Positions 10,533 to 20,853 of a stretch of 64,000 nucleotides of DNA are shown here, piece by piece (the stretch's first letter is position 1; each line of letters opens with the position of its first letter). Position numbers and translations under genes: made by a program. The notes beneath the pieces were generated by a model. The model was not told where the DNA came from. It saw only the letters and a program-made list of their open reading frames with translations, and did no database searches. The stretch covers positions 352,001 through 416,000 of the forward strand of contig JAYFMW010000017.1 of assembly GCA_042408215.1 (NCBI GenBank), written 5' to 3'. This stretch comes from Microcoleus sp. Lineage in GTDB: Bacteria > Cyanobacteriota > Cyanobacteriia > Cyanobacteriales > Microcoleaceae.

Positions 10533-11111
10533 TAATTTGCTTTTGTTGTTGTGACACTAGGTTGATTTATTATATATCGTGAATTAACAAGTTAATTAAT
10601 CCTCAACAAATCTTTACCTTGGTCTCAATTGCTAGAAGTATTTGTCCGGGGACGGTTAAACATTATGTTATATTGAAACTTACGAACAGGCAGGATAAAT
10701 CCTGCCACGCCCTTTCATCCCTGGACTAAAGTCACAGGGTTTTCCGGGTATTTCTTATAAATAGGACTTACGCACAGACTCTACTTGTAGGGTGCTCTGT
10801 GGCGCACCTTACTACTACATATCCTGTAAAAATTGACTTATGCAGCCTAAGTCCTGTTTTACAAGAGTTGCATGGGGCGATCGCGATCGCCAATGTTTTG
10901 TATTTATACAAATAATCATACTTAGCGTTTTTGGTTGGCGATCGGCTTTGTTTGACTGTAGTAGGAGTTACAATAGACCTCGACCATATTTATTGTGGAA
11001 CAGGCCGGACAGCCTGTTCAAGACAGGCTTTTCTGGAGATGTCTAATCACCAATGACAGCCCGACACAGATAGACACGGATACAGGGATTAATGTTTTTT
11101 ACTTGCTCCTA

Positions 11112-11196
11112 ATGACCAATGACTAATGACTAATCACCAATAACCAATGACCAATGACCAATGACCAATGACCAATGACCAATGACCAATGACTAA
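11112..11196. repeat. STRR heptamer tract (TGACCAA/TGACTAA)
   Basis: Tandem atgacca/atgacta units downstream of smpB. Confidence 0.88.
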
Positions 11197-11660
11197 AATT
11201 GCTTCATGGCGCGTTCCATATCCCGCTTGTCGTCGCGTTTCTTCATGTCTTCGCGCTTGTCGTAAAGTTTTTTCCCTTTCCCCAAACCAATATCCAGTTT
11301 TACCCAGCCACCTTTCAAGTACATTTTTAACGGCACTAACGTCAAGCCTTTTTCTTCCACTTTGCCGATTAATTTGCGAATTTCCTGCTTGTGCATTAGC
11401 AATTTACGGGTGCGGCGAGGTTCGTGATTAAAATAGGCACTCGCGCTTCTCCAAGGCGAAATGTGAACGTTAATCAGCCACAGTTCGCCATTCCGAACTA
11501 AGGCATATCCGTCCCGCAAATTGGCTTTTCCTTCCCGAATCGATTTAACTTCGGTTCCTTTCAGCTCGATGCCTACTTGGTACGTCTCTATAATCTCATA
11601 GAGATGACGCGCTTGTCGGTTATCACTAACAATTTTGTATCCTTCGGTCTTTTCGCTCAT
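11193..11660 (-). CDS. smpB: SsrA-binding protein SmpB
   Basis: [30 protein letters not shown] and [18 protein letters not shown] upstream of the ATG (11660, alternatively 11663). Confidence 0.97.
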   Translation of the reverse strand: MSEKTEGYKIVSDNRQARHLYEIIETYQVGIELKGTEVKSIREGKANLRDGYALVRNGELWLINVHISPWRSASAYFNHEPRRTRKLLMHKQEIRKLIGKVEEKGLTLVPLKMYLKGGWVKLDIGLGKGKKLYDKREDMKKRDDKRDMERAMKQF

Positions 11661-11784
11661 CATTCCCTCCACTAAAAACAGTATAACGTTAGCGACTTTA
11701 ATATTGAAAATCAAAACTTTACAAAACTTAAATTACAGGTCTAGGCATAATCAATTTTGCTGAGCTAAGATGTCACCAACCTGA

Positions 11785-13308
11785 ATGTCAAGTGGTATCA
11801 TGCAGCGCGCCGACAGTCCTAAGTCTGGAGTTAATTTAGTTTGGCTAGCTCCTTTGTTGCTGACAATCGCTTGGTTTTTGGCAAATATCTCGGCAGTAAA
11901 ATGGCTATTATCGTCCGTAGCAGAGATATCTACCATTTACAAGATATTGACCAGTGTTGTAATTGTAGCATTGACTGCCCGGTCGATCGGCAATCCCCAT
12001 CGAGCGATCGAACTTTTGCCGAATTTAGTTCTGAGACGCTACCCGCTGCTGTTGATGTTGGGTGCAGGTATTTTGTCGATCGCCCTTCAGTGCATAATAG
12101 ATATCAAACAAGTTACCGTACTGCTGTTTATCCTAGGAACTTACGGGCTGTGCGGCTTATTCTCTGAGCCGAATTTTTGGCGAAAAAATTTGCCAATAGC
12201 AGGCTTATTGGCTTGTATTTTACCATTCAACAGTCAGTTTAACGGTGGCTTGGGTTTGCCGGCGCGGGTGCTAACGGCTCAGGTGGTAGAGCAATTGCTC
12301 TCAGCTTTACAGATCAAAGCCATTTCTTCTTACGATATCATCGTCTTAGAAAATGGCATCGCTCACGTTGACGTGCCTTGTAGCGGCATTAAAACCCTCT
12401 TAGTAGGAACGCTATTTTTGCTAGCTGCTACCTGGCTAGAAGGGCGTCAATTAGGTTTAAGATGGCTAGCAGTCTGCGCTGCTAATTTCTTAATGTTGCT
12501 GTCTGCTAATGCTGCGCGGGTTGCAGTGTTAGTCGTGGTTTCAGAGGTGTTTAAACAGCAAATATTCGCACAAATTATCCACGTCCCCCTGGGAATTGTG
12601 GGTTTAGTCTGTGCTTGTTTTGTGACCTGGTTGATGCTGCAACGAGTCCCGAAATTTCCGGCAGAAAAAGCCAGCGATATTTCCGCAAAACAAAACTCAG
12701 AAATTCTCAAAAATCAGCCCTTAGCCAAACCCGGACTCATTGCAGCAGTAACTGTTTTGGCAGTAATTTCTCAACTGTCTTATGTAGAAACGCCAAAAAT
12801 GGCGTTCGCACCTTTAAGATTGCCAGAAAACATTATATCCGAATCAATTCCCCTCAATCCTAGCGAACAAAAATTATTTGGTAACTATCCGGGTACGCAA
12901 ACCGAAAAAAGGAGATTTGTAGTCGGCAATTTGCGCGGTTCCATGCTCACAGTAGCGAGCACATCCTGGCAGACTTATCACGCACCAGAGTTATGTTTTG
13001 TAGCTAGCGGAATTTCCGTCGATCGCATAGAAAGAAAACAACTAACATCTGCTGTAATAGCGCGCTGGCTGTCTCTCAAAAACCACCAATTATCAGCAGC
13101 ATACTGGCTGCAATCACCCCAACTAACTACAGATAACTTCATGGCCCGCATCGGCAGCGACATCACTCACAAAAATCACAGTTGGGTGCTAGTTTCCATT
13201 CTATTTGACAGTTATCTAAACCCTGAAAGTTATGAGGTAAAAGACTTCGCTAGTAATGTATATGATGCCATAAAACATAGTTTAATAGGAGAAGTAAATG
13301 AAAATTAA
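11785..13308 (+). CDS. xrtO: Exosortase O
   Basis: Multi-TM protein with the exosortase catalytic triad: VDVPCSG (Cys), NAARV (Arg), IIHVPLG (His). EpsI-like C-terminal domain (HAPELCF). Overlaps a PEP-CTERM gene. Confidence 0.85.
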   Translation: MSSGIMQRADSPKSGVNLVWLAPLLLTIAWFLANISAVKWLLSSVAEISTIYKILTSVVIVALTARSIGNPHRAIELLPNLVLRRYPLLLMLGAGILSIALQCIIDIKQVTVLLFILGTYGLCGLFSEPNFWRKNLPIAGLLACILPFNSQFNGGLGLPARVLTAQVVEQLLSALQIKAISSYDIIVLENGIAHVDVPCSGIKTLLVGTLFLLAATWLEGRQLGLRWLAVCAANFLMLLSANAARVAVLVVVSEVFKQQIFAQIIHVPLGIVGLVCACFVTWLMLQRVPKFPAEKASDISAKQNSEILKNQPLAKPGLIAAVTVLAVISQLSYVETPKMAFAPLRLPENIISESIPLNPSEQKLFGNYPGTQTEKRRFVVGNLRGSMLTVASTSWQTYHAPELCFVASGISVDRIERKQLTSAVIARWLSLKNHQLSAAYWLQSPQLTTDNFMARIGSDITHKNHSWVLVSILFDSYLNPESYEVKDFASNVYDAIKHSLIGEVNEN

Positions 13309-16195
13309 ACAGGTATTCGATCGAAGTTTTAAAGCCATTTTTTGGTTTTGGAATGTGACTTTTTTATCGATAGTTTACTTAGGGATTTTGCCTGTGATAG
13401 GAGTGCAATTAATTATCGCAACAATAGATGGCATCATCCCGCTAGAGTTTTCTTTGACGATCGCAGCGTTGATAGCAGTACCCACTGTGTGTACCATCAT
13501 CGGATTAAGGTGTTTTATCGAGGAACCCCTACAGCTAATGCGTTGGTTTTACGGAGTTGAAGCACCGCTATTTTTGCTGTGTTTAATCCGCTTATTCGGG
13601 CTGCGGGAACTTACCCCAGCCAGCTCTCAAATTATCGCTACAATAGCTTTGTGTATTGCAGCATTTTACGTCGAAATGCTGTACGGATATCAGGGAGAAA
13701 CAGAAAATATTCCAGCGAATTCAGCACTTCAAGATTACCATCAAAAAGAGCATTATTTAACTAAATTACTGGGAGAAAAACGAAGTGCGTGGCTGCAATT
13801 AGGATGCCACAGTTTAATGCTATTAGTTGGCATTTGGGCGGCAACATTGTTGATGTACTACGCTCTGCCGGTGGCAGGAGTTACAGTTGCTGGCTTCTTC
13901 AGTTTAGTCATAGAATTCTTCCAGTTTACATGGGTATCACCATTTCTGGAGATGTTTAAAGACGGGGCGTGGGTAGTGGCTTTAATTTGGATATCACTCT
14001 CCTTTACATGGTTTGGGTTAACCTGTAGCTTATTCGTTGTAATGCCTTCGCTTTACGGCTTTCTCTACATTCATTCATGGCGGAAAATATTTCGCATTTT
14101 TGCTACGCAATACGGGAAAAATCAGGCGATTGTGGGAAGTTTGGGAGTAATAGCAGCTTGGCTGGCTATTTTCTCCGCTTTGCAGCAACAGCCACAAGTT
14201 GAAGCACTGAAAATGCTGGCGAATCCGCCCACAAATGACAGCAGTCGGCAAACTTTATTAGCGAAGTCTGAGGTGATTCGTTCGGGCTTAGTTAATGCTT
14301 ATTTGTCGCCTTACCGCTACCTCAGCACTGTGGGAGAAAACAACCACATTTATGAGATATACAAAAACACTTTGAATTTGCCTGACGGAGCGGCTAAGAC
14401 TGTGCAGAACAGCTATAATTTTTTAATGTCGCCGTTTTTGTATAAAGGCTCTAGTGCTGATGCTAAAAAAGCCGAAAAACTCTACGGCGAATTCTTTGAT
14501 ACGGAACTCCAAAAAGGTGAGAGAGAAGCAGTACAGCACGCGCTACAGTCTACGTTTGACCGGGAAGAAGCTAAAGCAGGTTTGCTGAATGTTAATCAGG
14601 AAAAAGTATGGCTGGAATCGCAAGAAGTTACCGTCCAAGAAAACGGCGATTGGGCAGATGTTCAACTCTACGAAGTTTACCAAAATCAAACGCCGAACTT
14701 GCAAGAAGTATTCTACTATTTTTCCTTGCCGGAAAGCGCTGCGGTTACGGGAATTTGGCTGGGAGATACGGCTGATTTAAACAAGCGTTTTGCGTTTACT
14801 GTATCGCCACGAGGTGCCGCCCAGCAAGTCTACAACCAACAAGTAGTAGAAAGAGTAGATCCGGCTTTGCTAGAACAAATTGGCCCCAAACAATATCGCT
14901 TGCGGGCTTTTCCAATTCCGGTTAAACGAGAATTCACCCAAACTAACGAGCCAACGGAAATGCACCTTTGGCTTACTTACAAAGTCATGCGACAAGCACA
15001 AGGTTGGGCGATGCCTGTTTTGGCTGAAAAACGTAACATTTTTTGGAATGAAGATACTCGCCGCATGATTTCTGGAAAACAGGTATATTACAGTGATAAA
15101 GAGGCAAAAGAAACTTGGCTACCACCCTTTTTGCCAGCAGTTGCACAGCAGCCTCTGACATCTCATCAAGCGAGTCTACCGGGAGGAAATATCATTTCTG
15201 CTAAGCCTCTTGCTAGTTCTAATTACTCGCTACCGCAAGGCAATAAGTTTGCATTGATTCTGGATACTTCTCGCAGTATGGCAACTGAAAATCAGAAAGT
15301 AAAGGAGAGTTTTGAATGGTTGAAAGCTAATACTGTAGGCAAAAATGGTGTTGATTTGTATGTCGCTAGTGCTGCGGGAATGCCACCGAAGTTGGTGAAA
15401 GATTTACGCAGTTTTGATGTAGGAAAGTTAAGGTTTTATGGTACAATCCAACTCAAGGATATGCTGCAACAGTTTGCACAGTTGCGCGGCGATCAAAGTT
15501 ATGATAGTGTATTTTTGGTGAGCGATCGCCATAGTTACGAATTATCGGACGATCGCCAAAACACCGTTTCCATGCCTACACCGCTGTGGATAGTGCATTT
15601 GGGAGGTTTGCCGCCCGGTTATGACGACGCTACTTTAAAGACAATTCAAGATAGTGGCGGCGGAGTTTCTACGGATATTAAAGAGGCGATGCAGCGAGGG
15701 GCGACGACAGCAGCATCAGGCAATTCTGTAGTTAGTGTTGTGGATGGTTATGCTTGGAGTTATGCCCAAAATGCGAAATCAGAAAAGAAACTGAAATCGG
15801 CGGCTGCAATAGAGCCAGTAGATGCCGTAAATGAAGGATTTAAACCAATAGCTGCGCGGCAGTCGATCGCGGCACTTAGCAAGCAGAAAATTTCAAATCA
15901 ATTGAGTCAATTGGATGCGATGCACTCGCTGGCTAAAACCTTTAATGTGGTAACGCCTTATTCTTCGATGATTGTGTTAGTTAATGACGCGCAAAGGGAG
16001 CAGCTAAAAGAAGCAGAAGCCAAGAAAGATCGATTTGAAAGAAAGGTGGAATCCGGTAAGGAGGAGTTGAGTAAACCAGGAAATCCTCTGAATGTTTCTG
16101 GGGTTCCCGAACCGGAAGAATGGCTGCTTTTGGGGGTTGGTGCGATCGGGCTTTTGGTGATTTTCTTCCGTCAGCGGCGCGCGAAAATGGTATAA
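13298..16195 (+). CDS. PEP-CTERM integral membrane protein (TIGR02921-like) with VIT and vWA-like domains
   Basis: Many N-terminal TM helices; VIT-like FSLPESAAVTG...DPALLEQ; vWA-like LILDTSRSM; C-terminal VPEPEEW-TM-RQRR sorting signal. Confidence 0.88.
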   Translation: MKIKQVFDRSFKAIFWFWNVTFLSIVYLGILPVIGVQLIIATIDGIIPLEFSLTIAALIAVPTVCTIIGLRCFIEEPLQLMRWFYGVEAPLFLLCLIRLFGLRELTPASSQIIATIALCIAAFYVEMLYGYQGETENIPANSALQDYHQKEHYLTKLLGEKRSAWLQLGCHSLMLLVGIWAATLLMYYALPVAGVTVAGFFSLVIEFFQFTWVSPFLEMFKDGAWVVALIWISLSFTWFGLTCSLFVVMPSLYGFLYIHSWRKIFRIFATQYGKNQAIVGSLGVIAAWLAIFSALQQQPQVEALKMLANPPTNDSSRQTLLAKSEVIRSGLVNAYLSPYRYLSTVGENNHIYEIYKNTLNLPDGAAKTVQNSYNFLMSPFLYKGSSADAKKAEKLYGEFFDTELQKGEREAVQHALQSTFDREEAKAGLLNVNQEKVWLESQEVTVQENGDWADVQLYEVYQNQTPNLQEVFYYFSLPESAAVTGIWLGDTADLNKRFAFTVSPRGAAQQVYNQQVVERVDPALLEQIGPKQYRLRAFPIPVKREFTQTNEPTEMHLWLTYKVMRQAQGWAMPVLAEKRNIFWNEDTRRMISGKQVYYSDKEAKETWLPPFLPAVAQQPLTSHQASLPGGNIISAKPLASSNYSLPQGNKFALILDTSRSMATENQKVKESFEWLKANTVGKNGVDLYVASAAGMPPKLVKDLRSFDVGKLRFYGTIQLKDMLQQFAQLRGDQSYDSVFLVSDRHSYELSDDRQNTVSMPTPLWIVHLGGLPPGYDDATLKTIQDSGGGVSTDIKEAMQRGATTAASGNSVVSVVDGYAWSYAQNAKSEKKLKSAAAIEPVDAVNEGFKPIAARQSIAALSKQKISNQLSQLDAMHSLAKTFNVVTPYSSMIVLVNDAQREQLKEAEAKKDRFERKVESGKEELSKPGNPLNVSGVPEPEEWLLLGVGAIGLLVIFFRQRRAKMV

Positions 16196-16311
16196 AGTAC
16201 GCATGGGCCCAGAAACCGGGTTTTTCACCTAATTTACGGTGTGTAACGAAGTATTTCGTAAAAAACCCGGTTTCTTTGGGAGTGCGTCCAGGATTATACA
16301 ACACCCTTGTC

Positions 16312-16467
16312 GATCCCCCCTAGGGCTTGTTTTAAAACCCGGAGATCCCCCGCATTCTTGCCCCTACTCACCCCTTACTCCCCTTAACAAGGGGGGGACA
16401 AGAGTATTCTCTCGTCACCCCCTACTCACACCCTACTCCCTTTTTAAGGGGGATTTAGGGGGAGATC
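16312..16467. repeat. GATCCCCC palindromic repeat (inverted, composite)
   Basis: Contains ccccttaacaagggggg and ttaagggggatttaggggga; overlaps the Rieske stop codon. Confidence 0.75.
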
Positions 16468-16797
16468 CACAGTGTTGCATTCTTTTTTGAAATTGGTATT
16501 AATTTCTACAAAAATGCGATCGCCCTCAATCTTCACCGGATAAGATTGCAGCCCTGGTGCTGGTGCATTCAAACATTTACCGCTATCTAACTTGTACTGA
16601 AATTTATGAAAAGGACAGGTAATGATACCGTTGCTTACCTTACCCATGTCGATCGGATATTCCAAGTGAGTGCAAGCATTGCGGTAACAAGTGACATTCA
16701 TGCCTTGACGGTTTAAAATCAGCGAAATCCCCTCAACTTTTACCTCCAAAATATCCCATTTTGGAACGTGATTCAGCGCCGTTATCTCTACCCACAT
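16444..16797 (-). CDS. Rieske [2Fe-2S] ferredoxin-like protein
   Basis: CTHL and CPFH ligand motifs. Confidence 0.9.
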   Translation of the reverse strand: MWVEITALNHVPKWDILEVKVEGISLILNRQGMNVTCYRNACTHLEYPIDMGKVSNGIITCPFHKFQYKLDSGKCLNAPAPGLQSYPVKIEGDRIFVEINTNFKKECNTVDLPLNPP

Positions 16798-16845
16798 AGA
16801 CTTTTTTGTTCATAGAATTGAATGAGCTTTCTATTAGAGCATATT

Positions 16846-17514
16846 CTACGGATGAATCTGACTCAAAATCACCCTCAACCTGTCATAATCATCCTTGAGC
16901 AAAACACTCAAACTCCTGCCCGCTTCCACCAACCACGATCGATCGCGCTTTCGCAACTGATAAATCTCCCGAATCGTCGCCGCCGTCAGCGCATCCACCG
17001 GCGCATTAGTCACCCCCAGCAGCGTCCTCAAAAAATCCAACTGTCCACTAAAATCAATCACCTCATCGGGTTCGCAGTGATAAACCGCCTGGTGAATTTG
17101 CGGTGGCCGCGGCGGGAGATATTGATAAATTCTACCTCTGGACTCCCCCTGTCCGTTCAACCTTTCCGGCGGCATCTCAAACCCCACAATTGCTACTCGA
17201 AACTCGGTTTTTAGCATCGCAAAAATCTGCGGCTGTTCTTCGCGCAAATCTGCTAGCGACAAACCCAAAGCCCTAGCTCTGTGCACCGAGTCGATCGGGC
17301 TAGTCGTAGCGTAATAAACCACCCCATAAATTTGATTTTTCGACTCTTCATCCTCGGCTTTCACCCAACTCCCAAAAGGCGGCATCACCGGAAAACTCAA
17401 ATCTTCCGGTTCCAAGCACTGAGCCAAAAATTCCGAAGTTGATGTCTCGATTACCTCAGCAATGCGATCGGGATGGCGGTCTTTTGTGGCAAATTGTGGT
17501 AAAGGCAAACGCAT
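16846..17514 (-). CDS. HAS-barrel domain protein (conserved cyanobacterial)
   Basis: IAEVIETSTSEFLAQC, PPFGSWVK and YLPPRPPQIHQAV; family recognised by sequence pattern. Confidence 0.7.
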   Translation of the reverse strand: MRLPLPQFATKDRHPDRIAEVIETSTSEFLAQCLEPEDLSFPVMPPFGSWVKAEDEESKNQIYGVVYYATTSPIDSVHRARALGLSLADLREEQPQIFAMLKTEFRVAIVGFEMPPERLNGQGESRGRIYQYLPPRPPQIHQAVYHCEPDEVIDFSGQLDFLRTLLGVTNAPVDALTAATIREIYQLRKRDRSWLVEAGRSLSVLLKDDYDRLRVILSQIHP

Positions 17515-17525
17515 AGTTTTAATGA

Positions 17526-17736
17526 TTAGTTATTAGTGATTTGTTATGAGTTATGAGTTATTAGTCATTAGTCATTAGTCATTAGTCATTAGTCATTAGT
17601 CATTAGTTTTGAATGAGTTTTCAATGAGCTTTTTTATTTGCCTGGTATTCGGTATTTTTCTAATTACCAATTACCAATGACCAATTACCAATGACCAATG
17701 ACTACTGACTAATGACTACTGACTAATAACTAATGA
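17526..17736. repeat. Opposed STRR tracts (TTAGTCA... and ...TGACCAA/TGACTAA)
   Basis: Tandem ttagtca at ~17526-17607 and complementary accaatg/actaatg at ~17661-17736. Confidence 0.85.
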
Positions 17737-17928
17737 CTACTTCGCCCGACCGGCTGTAGCATCCACAAGTTCCAACTGCGACAGCCGAAACGCGATCAAT
17801 TTGTCCCAATTCCCGGCTTCAAACAGCACAGCGGCTTTCCCGTCAGTAACTCGCTGGACTTGTCCTTGAAAGCCGTAGTAAATCTCGACTTTATCTTTAA
17901 CTCGAACTGCTGAACCAGGAAAAATCAT
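17737..17928 (-). CDS. ndhS: NDH-1 subunit NdhS
   Basis: [10 protein letters not shown]...[37 protein letters not shown] matches the NdhS SH3-like family. Confidence 0.93.
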   Translation of the reverse strand: MIFPGSAVRVKDKVEIYYGFQGQVQRVTDGKAAVLFEAGNWDKLIAFRLSQLELVDATAGRAK

Positions 17929-18166
17929 AATTGTTCACAATTGATGTTTGCTCTCTATAGCTTACCGCTCAGCAAGCATCAAAAATCTAGAAATGTCGAT
18001 CGCGACTTATGCACCAAAACCGAAGTAACCGGGTTTTTTGCGGTTTTTGCGGGCTGTAACACGTCTTTTCGTCCATCAAACCCGGTTTCTGACCAGTCCT
18101 GGATGCACTTCGACGCTTCTACCTAAAAAACCCGGTTGCTGGGCCCCCATCGTAAGTCCTAAACCT

Positions 18167-18514
18167 TTAACCCGGAGGCCATTTCATGTGACGCCCGCCC
18201 AGAATGTGAAGGTGCAGATGGTCTACAGTCTGGCCGCCATCGTTCCCATTGTTAATCACAACTCGATAGCCGTTGCTGAGTCCGAGTTGTTCTGCTACCC
18301 GTTTGACAGTCAGCAGCAAGTGTCCCATGAGAGCATGATCTCCAGATTCGGCATCGGCTAATTTGGGAATAGGCTTTTTGGGAATTAGGATGATGTGAAT
18401 CGGTGCTTGCGGATGGACATCTCGGAAGGCTAGGGCTAAGTCGTCTTCATAAACGATGTCTGCGGGAATCTCGCGGCGGATGATTTTGCTGAAAATGGTT
18501 TCTTGAGTTGTCAT
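18167..18514 (-). CDS. Histidine triad (HIT/HINT) nucleotide-binding protein
   Basis: TIFSKII..EIPADIVYED, DVHPQAPIH and GGQTVDHLHLHILGG. Confidence 0.95.
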   Translation of the reverse strand: MTTQETIFSKIIRREIPADIVYEDDLALAFRDVHPQAPIHIILIPKKPIPKLADAESGDHALMGHLLLTVKRVAEQLGLSNGYRVVINNGNDGGQTVDHLHLHILGGRHMKWPPG

Positions 18515-18672
18515 GAGTGTGAAGGAAGTTCGGCAACGGATTCTGTAACGGATGTAACGGATGAAAGGAAGAGGTAAGAAGAAAAAGTTTTTTCTACTGT
18601 TCCGAGTTTCTTGTTCCATCGTTAATCATAATAGACGATAGATGAAAGATAGCCGAACAAGGATAAAAAATA

Positions 18673-20202
18673 ATGCTTGCTAGGGTTTGGAGTGCATCGA
18701 TCGTTGGAGTTGACGCGGTAAAGGTGGGTGTTGAGGCTGATGTGTCGGGAGGGCTACCCAAAATTGTGGTTGTGGGATTGCCAGATTCTGCGGTACAAGA
18801 AGCTAAGGAAAGGGTTAGGGCGACGCTGAAAAATTCGGGATATGCTTTTCCGATGCGGAGTATTGTGATTAATTTGACTCCGGCGGATTTGCGGAAGGAA
18901 GGGCCGAGTTTCGATTTGCCGATCGCCATTGGCATTTTAGCAGCATCGGAACAAGTCAGCGGTGAACTTTTGGGAGATCATTTGTTTCTGGGGGAACTCT
19001 CTTTAGATGGGACTTTGCGGGCTGTGGCTGGGGTTTTGCCGATCGCCGCTGCTGCTAAAAAAATGGGTATTTCGGGATTGGTTGTACCGGCTGGTAATGC
19101 GGAAGAAGCGGCTTTGGTACAGGGAATATCTGTTTATGGTTTTGAGAATATTTTTGCAGTTACTGATTTTTTGAACAATCCTGAAGTTTATTCGCCTGTA
19201 GAAGTCAACGGTAGAGAAGAGTTAGCAAAAACGCGGATTCCGGGTTTAGATTTAAAGGATGTAAAGGGGCAAATTCACGCGCGGCGGGCTTTGGAAATTG
19301 CGGCTGCGGGGGGACACAATTTGATTTTTGTGGGGCCTCCAGGGAGCGGTAAGACTATGCTGGCGAGACGTTTACCGGGTATTTTGCCGCCGCTGACTTT
19401 TGAGGAAGCTTTGGATGTGACTCAGATTCATTCGGTGGCGGGGTTGCTGAAGGATAAAGGTAGCTTGGTGGGCGATCGGCCTTTTCGCAGTCCTCACCAT
19501 TCAGCATCGGGCCCTTCTTTGGTAGGTGGCGGCAGTTTTCCGCGTCCGGGGGAAATTTCTTTAGCACATCGTGGCATACTTTTTTTGGATGAATTAACTG
19601 AGTTTAAAAGAGATGTTTTGGAGTTTTTGCGGCAACCGCTGGAAGATGGTTATGTGACGATTTCTCGGACTAGACAATCGGTGATGTTTCCGGCTCAATT
19701 TACTTTAGTTGCGAGTACGAATCCCTGCGCTTGCGGTTACTACGGCGACTCGATTCAACAGTGTACTTGTTCGCCGCAAAAGAGGGAGCAATATTGGGCA
19801 AAACTTTCTGGGCCTTTGATGGATCGGATTGATTTGCAAGTGGCGGTGAATCGTTTGAAACCGGAGGAGATTACGCGACAGCCGACGGGGGAGGAGTCGG
19901 AACCGGTGCGGGTGAGGGTTCAGCGGGCGCGGGCGATCGCAACTCACCGTTTTAGGTCAGAATCTAGTTTGCGCTGTAATGCGGAGATGCAAAGCAGTCA
20001 CATTAACCAATGGTGTCAGTTGGATGATGCTTCTCGGAATTTATTGGAGATGGCGATTCGGAAGTTGGGGCTTTCGGCTAGGGCTAGCGATCGAATTTTG
20101 AAGGTTGCGAGAACTATTGCTGATTTGTCGGGGGATGAAAGTTTGAAAACGAATCATGTGGCGGAGGCGGTGCAGTATCGGACGATCGATCGAATGCAAT
20201 AA
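18673..20202 (+). CDS. comM: YifB/ComM family Mg-chelatase-like AAA+ ATPase
   Basis: INLTPADLRKEGPSFDLPIA, GPPGSGKT, FRSPHHSAS, GEISLAHRGILFLDE and NPCACG. Confidence 0.93.
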   Translation: MLARVWSASIVGVDAVKVGVEADVSGGLPKIVVVGLPDSAVQEAKERVRATLKNSGYAFPMRSIVINLTPADLRKEGPSFDLPIAIGILAASEQVSGELLGDHLFLGELSLDGTLRAVAGVLPIAAAAKKMGISGLVVPAGNAEEAALVQGISVYGFENIFAVTDFLNNPEVYSPVEVNGREELAKTRIPGLDLKDVKGQIHARRALEIAAAGGHNLIFVGPPGSGKTMLARRLPGILPPLTFEEALDVTQIHSVAGLLKDKGSLVGDRPFRSPHHSASGPSLVGGGSFPRPGEISLAHRGILFLDELTEFKRDVLEFLRQPLEDGYVTISRTRQSVMFPAQFTLVASTNPCACGYYGDSIQQCTCSPQKREQYWAKLSGPLMDRIDLQVAVNRLKPEEITRQPTGEESEPVRVRVQRARAIATHRFRSESSLRCNAEMQSSHINQWCQLDDASRNLLEMAIRKLGLSARASDRILKVARTIADLSGDESLKTNHVAEAVQYRTIDRMQ

Positions 20203-20281
20203 TTTTATACCAATTCCCAAAAGTAGGGAAACGGCACTGCCGTGTCCGGCGCGAGCATCTGTAGGGAGACTCAAGCGTACC

Positions 20282-20489
20282 CATTGGTGTCAACTTAAGA
20301 CTAAAACCCTTGATAAATCTCGTTTTTACGCTAAGTCTAGATCCCCCTAAATCCCCCTTAATAAGGGGAGTAGGGGTTGACTTTGAGAAGACTCCTGTCC
20401 CCCCCTTCTTAAGGGGGGTTAGGGGGGATCTAAGTTTAATGGTCAAACAGCCATCTGTGAATGGGTTTGACGTTAAGTTGACACTAATG
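20282..20489. mobile_element. CATTGGTGTCAAC MITE inserted in a GTAGGGACACGGCA REP-like palindrome
   Basis: Terminal repeats cattggtgtcaacttaa / ttaagttgacactaatg; REP-like halves on both sides. Confidence 0.85.
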
Positions 20490-20631
20490 GGCTCTTGGAG
20501 TGTCCGGCGCGAGCATCTGTAGGGAGACGGCAATGCCGTGTCCCTACGGTTGGCTTTGACTTTTAATAATTGGTATAAGATTGAGGATTGTAGCAAGACT
20601 TTTGTAAATTGGTATTATTGGCGATCGTTTT

Positions 20632-20853
20632 TCAAGTCGTAAGTTGATATATTGCAGGTCGATATTTCGGTTCGGGAATGGGTTTTCCCGTAGCTTTTGC
20701 AGCTTCCAGCCATGCTGTTTTAGCAATCTGTACTTCCTGCAAAGCTAATTCTGGGGTTTCGCCAAAAGCGGAACAATATTTTAAGTCTGGAATATCGGCA
20801 ATATATCCTTCATCTTCGTTGCTGTAAAAAATATTGATGTGATAGTCTTTCAT
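20632..20853 (-). CDS. hicB: HicB family antitoxin
   Basis: YIADIPDLKYCSAFGETPELALQE...GKPIPEP; ATGA overlap with hicA. Confidence 0.88.
   Translation of the reverse strand: MKDYHINIFYSNEDEGYIADIPDLKYCSAFGETPELALQEVQIAKTAWLEAAKATGKPIPEPKYRPAIYQLTT

Larger units (their letters stand above)
9203..10756 (-). mobile_element. Non-autonomous IS200/IS605 (IS1341-like) element carrying tnpB
   Basis: Minus-strand right end gaatccccgtgtctttagaccggggagtgtcaa. Left-end hairpin ccctgtgactttagtccaggg near 10720-10740, preceded by TTAT. No tnpA. Confidence 0.85.

Noticed and set aside
20114..20596. ORFs overlapping the repeat cluster after comM
   Set aside because: Read through MITE/REP sequence; similar peptides recur at every copy.
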